Of a stretch of DNA of 64,000 nucleotides, positions 54,800 to 64,000 are shown in pieces. The DNA lies in the NCBI RefSeq assembly GCF_006345805.1, contig NC_042999.1:164114001-164178000 (forward strand), written 5' to 3'. Below the pieces are notes generated by a model. That model searched no databases. It worked only from the letters and a program-made list of their open reading frames with translations, and was not told the DNA's origin. Within the stretch, counting starts at the first letter, position 1; each line of letters opens with the position of its first letter. The stretch comes from Octopus sinensis (lineage: Eukaryota). A program made the translations under genes and the position numbers.

Positions 54800-55980
54800 C
54801 CAATCGATGATATCATTTCATTAGTATATAAACCGTTAAAATGGAATGACTCTTGAGCGTATGGATCTAGGATCAGAATCTGTGTAATGTGCCAATAAAC
54901 ACGTCGGTAATTCAAGACAGAGCTAAAAATTTACACGACGATTTGTTGAATAAGGAATGTGAAATTTCTAATGAAAACTCCTCTTTGACTAGTAAAGTCT
55001 GGTTTGGAAGTTTTAAGAAGCGCATTAGTTGTAGAACTGTGTATTTATATTCATATAAAATTGCCTGACACTTCTTTGGAGATATGAAATTAAAGCCCTT
55101 ACACGTGTATCGCTCCGAGTTACACAAAGTTTTATCTGCCTCTGATTTGGCATTCAAATGAGAAGGCATGGATCATTATATCGGGTACAACATAATATTT
55201 TCAACAAAACATGACTTTATTTTACATAGTGCACCGAACCACCCAGCGAACTTAGATGATCTTTTTGATAATGCGAGACTGGAATATATCCCCAATAATA
55301 CAACTTCTATGCTTCAGCCAATGGATCAAAATGTGATAGCTAACTTCAAAGCATATTATACGCGAACTTTCAAATGACTTATGAAAGCAATTGATGGGAG
55401 AATAAATCTACAGTTAAAGATTTCTAATAGAAATTCAACATATTGCTGAGTCATGGGATGAAGTGAACCCTTCAGCTTTGAATAGTGCTTGGAAAATATA
55501 CGGCCAGACTATATCCGTGACATTACAAGTTTTCCTCAAGCAGAATATCTACATCAAATTAGAAAAGATATCATGACACTACACTTGTAGGAGCTGATGC
55601 CGTTAGGAAAAGAACAAGCTGGAAATAAAGACGACACAATGGAAGTTCCACCTGCACTACTTAAATTAATTATAAAAATTATTGTTAAAGGCTTGGCATT
55701 AATAAAGGCAGGTCTGCAGGTTTTTGCTGATGTTGGTGATATCTTTTCTAATTTGATGTAGATATTCTGCTTGAGGAAAACTTGTAATGTCACGGATATA
55801 GTCTGGCCGTATAGATGGTAAATATTGTCCCTCATCCTCCTCGTAACGCTCATTCCACCACCATCCCGTACAGAATTGTCAACATCTTTTGCGGCAAGAA
55901 CATACTCTTACGGTATTATGATTCATATTAGTTCCTTATCTTATTCGTCTTGGTATGTTTCTTCTTCTTTTATCTATCTA
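54800..55980 (+). mobile_element. pogo/Tigger DDE transposase remnant (5' part)
   Basis: ORF 55168-55377 ...SAPNHP...IPNNTTSMLQPMDQNVIANFKAYY (DDE_1 motif LPPNTTSxxQPxDQGxIxxFKxxY). Upstream CENP-B-like SKVWFGSFKKR. Confidence 0.75.
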
Positions 55981-55988
55981 TATTGTAC

Positions 55989-58743
55989 TGTAGTGACCCT
56001 ATAGCGGCGCGCGCTCGCGCACTGTCCATTTGTATTTCGCGCGTGTTGGTGCCTTCACCAAGTGAGAGGAAGGGTCCTCTCGCGCATGCGCGAAGCACCG
56101 GAAGAAAAACCCTATTGCCTACGTAGCAGTTAGCGAGGCAAGGGGCCGTAGAACGTTTGACCGCTAGCAGCAGCAGCGGCGACTTGGGACAGTAGCGACC
56201 TAAGGAGCAGGACGTTAATATTTTCTCTCCGTTCGAACTGATTCTAGCAGTCCTTACCAAAAGGCCTTTAACCAAAATTGTTGCAGACCAACATCGTCTC
56301 CATTGTTCGACGCCATCTTGGACCAGTTCTGTTTATGCGGCTGAATATTGTAAATATTACAATCGATTAACTTTCAGCCTTGCGCGCCCAGAACCAAGGA
56401 CATCAGATAACACACTTATTGTTATTGTTCACAAGAAAGAGAATAAAGTAGTTATATATATTTTACGTTTGCGTCTTGTTGTTTCTGACGGGCAGAGATT
56501 CTGGATTATTAATTAACGAACGAGTAAGTGATTGCTTTCTTGTACCCCGAAAGTACAAGAACAGATATTCACACACACACGCTAAGCTCGTAACACTGGT
56601 GACCTCCCGACGTGATTCTGGTCTAAAACCAGAGATCACTTATCAACAAAGAAATCCAGTTTTTCTGCGAAGTCGGAACACGATTTAACTCTACTCATTC
56701 ACCTTTCGACGATTTGTTTCCGGCCACCACAAACAGTTGTAGAAGGAGCCTCTTTCTTATTCTACAGCCATGATGACGAACGCCATCATATATTCGATGC
56801 CTTTTCTCCACCTTCGTCATCATCATCGTCGTCTTTCTACTTCACGTCGTCGCTATCTTCGTCGCCATCATCACTAAGAACGATGTTGTCTCAAGTCCAC
56901 TACAGTCGCCTTCCACTACCACCGTCGCCTTTCAACACCGTCGACCTCCACCAAGATGTACATAGCAACTCGCGGAACTTTAGCGTGCACGCTGTTTTGT
57001 GCATATGCACACCAAGGATAAACAGCACCGTCTATCTACGAGATTCTTCTGTTCCAGTTAACCTGTCACAGCATTGAAGCCACGACCGCTACACGATATG
57101 TGTTCAACCGGCATCTGCATTTTGTGATCTCAACATTCTGTTACAGAACGAACTGCTATTGTACATCAGGCTATTAGAGACTGGTAAATTAATTCTTGTC
57201 TGGAATAGCCCTGAGAGACATTTTTTCTATGCGCTGTTTTTATATTTTGCTCGCATTCACCTTGTATGTATTTCTGTCGCACACACGTACACACACATAA
57301 ATGCTATCTCTCACATACATACGTCACACATGCTTTTCTCGCTTGTTTTGTTCCATGCTAAATTTGCCTTTTGTGGACACCCCTCATTTCTATAGACCCT
57401 AGCGGTCACGTATACATAGAGAGGGTTGTTTGTCCATTATAACGCGCCAGCATGTCATACTTTTGTTCCTGTGCGAACGAGGCATATAATCGCTTAACCA
57501 CAGGCATATTCATTGCTGTTTTTTCGGTCTGGCAAGCACTATTGCATTTCATGCGCCTTGCTTCGCACGTGTATTGCCTTGTTTTTTGCAACACGTTTGC
57601 AGTAGCTTAGTTTTTCCCGACTCATAGGACGTCGGATGTTCACATGCGCTGCGCCATGTTTAGGCGTAATTATTTTTCCCTGTTAGACCACTGTTGGTCA
57701 CGTAATTAACAGAAAATTATCTGTGTCGCGCATCACACCAGCATGTTTGCACTTTTGCCTTTTGTGTTGCTAGCGAGCTTCTGTCAATTCCATTTCCTCT
57801 CCTGCAGCAATTGATTTAACTGCTATTTCGCAGGATCAACTACCTTTAGAGAAGTTGGATTTTAATTTCGCCTAGGTTCATTGACTGTGAGTTTTGCTTT
57901 CCCTCCGCTCCTTTCAGCGGAAGGGTTTATACTTTGTGACGTATACACTTTCATGCATGCACTCTTGATTTTTGCTCATTGAGTATTTTTTCTCTTTTTC
58001 CTTTAGTAAATTTCTTGTGTATGTTATAAATTTTGCCATTATATTATTGTGTGCTATTTGGTTATCTGGTGTCCACCTTGAGTTTTGCAGTCACTACAAT
58101 AAGTTTCCTTTCGTGCGTACGCACTGGAGGGGAGCCTGTAGTGACCCTATAGCGGCGCGCGCTCGCGCACTGTCCATTTGTATTTCGCGCGTGTTGGTGC
58201 CTTCACCAAGTGAGAGGAAGGGCCCTCTCGCGCATGCGCGAAGCACCGGAAGAAGAACCCTATTGCCTACGTAGCAGTTAGCGAGGCAAGGGGCCGTAGA
58301 ACGTTTGACCGCTAGCAGCAGCAGCGGCGACTTGGGACAGCAGCGACCTAAGGAGCAGGACGTTAATATTTTCTCTCCGTTCGAACTGATTCTAGCAGTC
58401 CTTACCAAAAGACCTTTAACCTGGATTGTTGCAGACCAACATCGTCTCCATTGTTCGACGCCATCTTGAATCCGCTTCTGTTTTGGGCGGCTGAACATTG
58501 TAAATATTACAATCGATTAACTTTCAGCCTTGCGCGCCCAGAACCAAGGACATCAGATAACACACTTATTGTTATTGTTACCAAGAAAGAGAATAAAGTA
58601 GTTATATGTATATTTTACGTCTGCGTCTTGTTGTTTCTGACGGGCAGAGATTCTGGATTATTAAAGCAACGGCTAGTGAGTGATTGCTTTCTTGTACCCC
58701 GAAAGTACAAGACAAGATATTCATACACACTACAATCGTTACA
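55989..58743 (+). mobile_element. Non-autonomous Gypsy-type LTR retrotransposon
   Basis: Two 607-bp direct repeats, TGTAG...ACA (55989-56595 and 58137-58743). PBS TGGTGACCTCCCGACGTGAT at 56597-56616 (near-complementary to the tRNA-Trp 3' end), polypurine tract GGAGGGGAG before the 3' LTR, and 4-bp TSD GTAC (55985-55988, 58744-58747). No gag/pol ORF inside. Confidence 0.93.
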
Positions 58744-58747
58744 GTAC

Positions 58748-58941
58748 CGTGTATATTTACAAAAATAGTGGTTTTCATGCGTGAAGTTAACCGTGTTGCT
58801 TGTTCTTTTCTTTTTTTCGTAAAAGTCCGTAGGAACGCAATCTCAGTTGATAAATATGAAAATCAATAATTACGCTTTACGGAATTTCGCGTTACGGCCA
58901 GTTCTAGGAACGCGTTACTTCCGTAAAGCCAGGGATTTCTG
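58748..58941 (+). mobile_element. Probable 3' end of the same Tigger-like element, beyond the LTR insertion
   Basis: Ends ...CGTAAAGCCAGGGATTTCTG with subterminal repeats (CGCTTTACGG, CGCGTTACGG), resembling Tigger termini. Confidence 0.45.
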
Positions 58942-59084
58942 CATGTGTGCATATATGTATATACATACATACATACATGCATACATACATACATACATAC
59001 ATACATACATGCATACATGCATACATACATACATGCATACATACATACATACATGCATGCATGCATGCATACATAATACATACA

Positions 59085-59118
<34 letters not shown>

Positions 59119-59155
59119 CATACATATATATATATATACATACACACACACACAC

Positions 59156-59224
<69 letters not shown>

Positions 59225-59311
59225 AACACATACTTATATATTACATATATTGAAAAAGATATACCTATAAACATACTCAACTAGCTTTCTTTTCCATATA
59301 TATATGTATAT

Positions 59312-59867
59312 ATAATAGAAATATTAAAATAACTAGTCTCTCTAAAAGAGAACAGCGGCAGCGTTCCCGGAAAATAATAGTTATCGCCATACTAATATGG
59401 CATTCTTATAAAAATAAGAAAAAAGCTGTCCGCTTATAGCTCCATTAGGCCATCGCCTAAGTTAGCTATTTGATACACAAACTGTATCCATATAACCTTC
59501 GAACAAGGGAGGTCAGTCGCTCCACACTACTTGACCGGCAGCTACAGACGCGTTTCGGGGTATTGCCCCTTTTCAATGCAGCGTAGCCAGCCAGTAGGTG
59601 TCGCTTCCGACAATCTCTGTTCGATGGTTTTATTTACCTAGTTTCGGTGGAATACATCCACTGTTTTCAATAATAGAATATTAAAATAACTAAGTCTCTC
59701 TAAAAGAGAACAGCGGCAGCGTTCCCGGAAAATAATAGTTATCGCCATACTAATATGGCATTCTTATAAAAATAAGAAAAAAGCTGTCCGCTTATTAGCT
59801 CCATGAGCCATCGCCTTAAGTTAGCTATTTGATACACAAACTGTATCCATATAACCTTCGAACAAGG
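59312..59867. mobile_element. HHR-bearing element family C, partial tandem form (358-bp period)
   Basis: 59312-59508 is repeated directly at 59670-59867, with one HHR between the copies. Confidence 0.78.
59541..59582 (-). ncRNA. Minimal type I hammerhead motif (U3-A8 core)
   Basis: GCUGCA-UUGAAAA-GGGG CAAUA CCCC-GAAA-CGCG-UC-UGUAGC. Confidence 0.72.
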
Positions 59868-60049
59868 TATATATATATATATATATTTATATATATAGTT
59901 GTATCTGAGTGCGTGAGTCTATGTATATTATATGTTGTGTTTATGACTGTATATACATGTACGTATACGTGTATATATGCATATGTGTGTGGGGGATGTA
60001 TGCAGCTGAATGCGCTTATATAGGTATGTATCTACGATATAAGATCTGG

Positions 60050-60151
60050 GGTTATAGTAGAAGACACTTGTCTAAGGTGCCACGCTGTGGGACTGAACCC
60101 GGAACCATGTGATTGGTAAGCAAGCTACTTACCCTACAGCCACTCCTGCGC
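60050..60151 (-). mobile_element. tRNA-derived CORE-type SINE, family S3
   Basis: Minus strand GCGCAGGAGTGGCTG..GGTTCAGTCCC..CACCTTAGACAAGTG. Other copies at 24225-24362 (-), 44328-44455 (+) and 63971-64000 (-). Confidence 0.75.
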
Positions 60152-60439
60152 TATATATATAAAGGAAAATTTTGTACGTATACGTAAAGTTGAAACATTG
60201 GGGTAACCATGATATTCTGCTGGTCTGATGAGTTAGCTTTCTTTATCTGTATTGATTTGTAATGTACAGTTGTATTGTACAATGCGTAGTGTGCATATTG
60301 GTAAAGGTATGTAAAATAATCTGAAGGCTGCGAAATGGCTGTAATCCTACGGATAACAAGAGGTTAAATTAATATATTCATCTCTCATACTTCTTGGCTT
60401 TTTACGGTTTACAAATAAATAAATAAATAAATAAATAAA

Positions 60440-60952
60440 TCTATATATATAAAACTGTAGTTGTGTGAGTGTCTGTCCCCTTCGATTTAGATTCCTAACT
60501 ACTCCCACATTTTGCGGTGCAGTTTAACCAAATTCGGGTATCTTATAGTCGTGATTCATATCGAGCCCGTCTGGGTATTAGCGCGCGTCTACGATGAGTC
60601 TACGATTTTAAAAATAATTTAACATCATTTTTTATTCCATTTTAATGCATAATTTTTCGTGTGTCGATGGCGGCGGAGTTGGCGTCCATGGTCACACCTG
60701 CACCTGTTTGCTTCTCCCCCTTCTTCCCTCCCTCGTGAAGCTGTGGGGAAGGGAGTGTAAGGAAATCAACGTCGTAAAGCGTTGTCAAGGAGACCAGCGT
60801 TCTTTTAGAACAACGACTTCATGGCTTGAAGACACCAAAACAGAAATGGCTAAGAAAGCCCGAATTGGCATCTATAAGGGAAGTAACTCTCTAAAAATGC
60901 TTATATAGTTATTTCCCTTACAAACCCGAGCAACGCCGGGCGATACTGCTAG
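60440..60952 (+). mobile_element. Non-autonomous Helitron
   Basis: Starts TC(TATATATATAAAA) after an A. Ends with hairpin CCCGAGCAACGCCGGG then CTAG, followed by T (A|T insertion, no TSD). Confidence 0.82.
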
Positions 60953-60974
60953 TAATTAAATAAATAAATAAATA

Positions 60975-61175
60975 TGTGACCGCGTGTGTATCGTTGGCGA
61001 TTTTTTTTCCTTCCTTGGACCTTTCCTTTTCCTATGTTTCTGACGAAAAGATCCGCTCGAAACGTTGAACCCTCCTTCTTTCTTTCCTTTCCTGAGCGTC
61101 CAATAACACTATACTTGTTCCACGTCCTCGCGTTGTTGTGTTTTCTCTTTGTGTTTTCATGCTTGGATTAACTAT
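60975..61175 (+). mobile_element. Family A copy with hammerhead motif (CUGACGA core)
   Basis: HHR at 61036-61070. Same downstream CCTGAGCGTCCAATAA..GTTCCACGTCCTCGCG..GGATTAAC(TA)n. Confidence 0.7.
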
Positions 61176-61689
61176 ATATATATAATATATACATGCAAAA
61201 ATTTACAGAAGTGGGTCCAGGCTCAACAGTTTCATACTTGGCACTTAGGACACTTTGAGTCACTTTTGTAACTTTTCCCGATTAATAGTAAAAAAAGTGT
61301 TTGCATTGTGTGTGTGTGCGTGCGTGCGTGTTCGTGTGTGTGTGTGTGTGTGTGTGCGTGCATGTGTGCAAGTGTTAAAGTTCAAGTCTTTGTCCAATCT
61401 ACGAGAGCTCATTAAACCGAAGCTTATCCTAGTTTTCTCGGTTTTCGAGGTGTATAAGTGACTAATAGCACGTGACACTCTGCCCCTTGACTGGACGCTG
61501 ATTCACAGCAATGTCGATCTCCAGCCACTGCTGCTAGCGCTTTGTTTTCAGCTGAATTGACTGAAGCAACATAAAAATGAAGTGTCTTGTTCAATGGCAT
61601 AATGTTAATGTCTTTGAGTGAAATAATAGTAATCTGTTGAATAGACCCTAGTACACAATTGATACTTATTTTATCAAACCAAGAGAGAT

Positions 61690-63380
61690 GAAAAACAACC
61701 TGGATGCATCCCCAATCAAAACATTGGCACCTCCTCGGCTCCGTTCTAGTGCGCCAACGAGACCAGTCTGACGTTATGCACACCAGGGTCCTGCCATGCG
61801 CAAAATGCCATACTGACCATCACCTCGTCCGTTGCAAACTATAACCTCACTTCAAGCCCACACTAAAAAAAAGAGAGGACCAGCCAACAAGAAAATCTGC
61901 AGTTAAACGAAGTGATAGTAAACTTCCAGGCAGGCCTACAGGCAAAGCTTGATCAATCGAATTACCCCTTAGATACCTTTCCAGAAATCCTATGGGAGCA
62001 ATTGAAAACCGCCATTCTACAGACCTCTGCAGAAATCCTTGAGTTTACGAAGAATAAGAAGAACACGGACTGGTTTGACGAAAACGATGTACTGATCCAG
62101 CAACAACCAATCAGAATGGAACTAGATGAGCCTCTAACCCTGGAAGAGACCACAGTTGCTATAGGCCGGCTGAAGATTAGAAATGCAGCAGGAGTCGATG
62201 GCATACAACCAGAGACATGGAATCATGAGGGCCTTGTCCTACATGCTAAACTCCACGAGCTCCTCGTTGCATACTGGGAATAGGGCAAGTTGCCACAAAA
62301 TCTCCGCGATGCTGTCATCATTACACTGTACAAAAGCAAACGGGCAAGTCAGACTTCAAACTACCGGGGGATCACCCTGCTTTTCACTGCAGGAAAAGTT
62401 CTAGCAAGATTGATCCTCAACAGACTTGTTCTGCCCATCGCCGAAAATCATTTCCCAGAAAGCCAATATGGTTTCAGAGCCAAAAAGTGCGCCACAAATA
62501 TTGTTTTCGTTCTCAAGCATCTCCAAGAAAAGTCCCGGGAGTAAAACAAAGTACTTTATGCAGCATTTGTCGATCTGACAAAAGCGTTCGACACTGTGAG
62601 CAGAAAAAGGTCTGTGGCAGATTCTAAACCGACTCGGTTGTCCCCCAAAATTCCTAACAATCATCATTCAACTTCATGAATACCAACAAAGACAAGTCTG
62701 CCTGAACAGCGACATATCAGAGCCATTCCCCATCAACAACGGCATGAAGCAGGGTTGTGTCCTGTCACCAACTCTCTTCAGCATTTTCTTCAGCATGATG
62801 TTTAGGCAGACCACTGCAGACCTCGAAGCTGAAGACTGCGTTTACATCAGGTACCGTCTTGATGGTAGTCTTTTCAACCTTGGCGCCTACAGGCCCATAA
62901 CAAGACCCAAGAGCAATTGATCCTGGACCATCTCTTTGTAGATGATGCCGCACTTGTCGCACACACAGAAAGAGCCCTGCAGCGCATCACATCCTGATTT
63001 GCAGAGGCCGCCCAGCTCTTCAAGATAGAAATAAGCTTGAAAAAGACTGAAGTCCTACACCAACTAGCTCCTGAGGAAGAGTACAACCCACCCCACATCA
63101 CCATTCCTGAAGCAGAACTGAAGTTGGTACAGCAGTTCTTGGATATACAATCTCATCAGACGCGAATATCAATAAAGAAATTGACATATTTTCAAACAAG
63201 GCAAACAAGGCATTTAGCAGACTGTAAAAGCGCGTGTGGAACAACAAGCATCTTAAGATCAGCTTGGCGTCACACCGTCAGCGATGTTGTTTCCTTCTTT
63301 GAGATTTCTCGCAGCGCCTCTCTTGAAGACAAACGTCAGAAGCGAAAAAAACAATGCAGCTGCCTCATCAGACCTTGAAT
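61690..63380 (+). mobile_element. Degraded RTE (BovB-like) LINE remnant
   Basis: APE end (WMHPQSKHWHL, HTDHHLV), NYRGITLL..AGK, PESQYGFR, FVDLTKAFDTV, GMKQGCV, LFVDDAAL, KKTEVL. Many stops and frameshifts. Confidence 0.85.
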
Positions 63381-63392
63381 AACCATACCCCT

Positions 63393-63430
<38 letters not shown>

Positions 63431-63433
<3 letters not shown>

Positions 63434-63947
63434 TAAGTAATTAAGGGTTTAGCATCGATTTGCCTCACCACACACCGAATTTAGAAATAGCAGTCAAAGA
63501 GTTATGGCTATTCTTTCTACTTAAAAGGGAGATCCCAGTAAAACCACAGCACTTAAAAGGCAAACAACGCAGGCAAAAGAGAAAGAAATGACGACAATCA
63601 TTCTATATTAAGTCACCTACGGACGTACGTTTCGAAATTAAGTCATAGGAAAGCATGAAAATTAAATAATTATGTCTTACCCAACTATTTTTCTCTTCAG
63701 CGTAGGACTCTTCAATTATAAATAATTGCGTCTCAATTATTCATAATTGTGTATTAAATTTGAAGGCACTAGAAACATTGCTATTTCTAAATTCGGTGTG
63801 TGGTGAGGCAAATCGTTGCTAAACCCTTAATTACTTAGTATTACTTAAACCTTCCTTGAATGGGGCTTTTACATGCCGAAATCTACTTGGTGAAATTAAT
63901 GATTATTCCAAATTAATTAATTTCACCCTATATTATTATTGATAATT
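63431..63947. repeat. Fold-back element, family D, with hammerhead in the loop
   Basis: Inverted arms 63431-63492 and 63779-63840, tail CATGCCGAAATCTACTTGGTGAAATT, (TA)n on both sides. Confidence 0.88.
63616..63706 (-). ncRNA. Type I hammerhead ribozyme, canonical core
   Basis: CCUACG-CUGAAGA-GAAA..(long stem II)..UUUC-GAAA-CGUACG-UC-CGUAGG: 6-bp stem I, palindromic stem III, GUC site. Confidence 0.8.
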
Positions 63948-64000
63948 ATATATATATATATATATATATACGACAGGCTTTTTTCAGTTTCCGTCTACCA

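Noticed and set aside
55970-56275. Duplicated ORF (also 58094-58498)
   Set aside because: Lies within the two LTRs, with no gag/pol similarity.

Overview
This window is AT-rich eukaryotic DNA packed with (TA)n, (CA)n, (TACA)n, (TAGA)n and (TAG)n microsatellites. The SINE families and repeat landscape suggest a coleoid cephalopod, most likely Octopus (inference). It holds one clear host gene: an intact ARIH2/ariadne-2 RBR E3 ligase whose CDS is uninterrupted by introns (9099-10550, +). The rest is largely transposon-derived: a full-length GC-rich RTE LINE with a 10-bp TSD, other RTE and CR1-like remnants, and a non-coding Gypsy-type LTR element (tRNA-Trp PBS, PPT, GTAC TSD) nested in a Tigger remnant. 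There are also Tc1, mariner and maT (DD37D) remnants, non-autonomous Helitrons, tRNA-derived SINEs and three Penelope-like (PLE) GIY-YIG fragments. The most striking unexplained signal is more than a dozen minimal type I hammerhead-ribozyme (HHR) motifs. They include compensated U3-A8 and recurrent CCGANGA core variants and sit in short non-coding fold-back or tandem elements next to (TA)n tracts. Most short ORFs in the supplied track are microsatellite artefacts. All motifs were read by eye, so coordinates of degraded elements are approximate.
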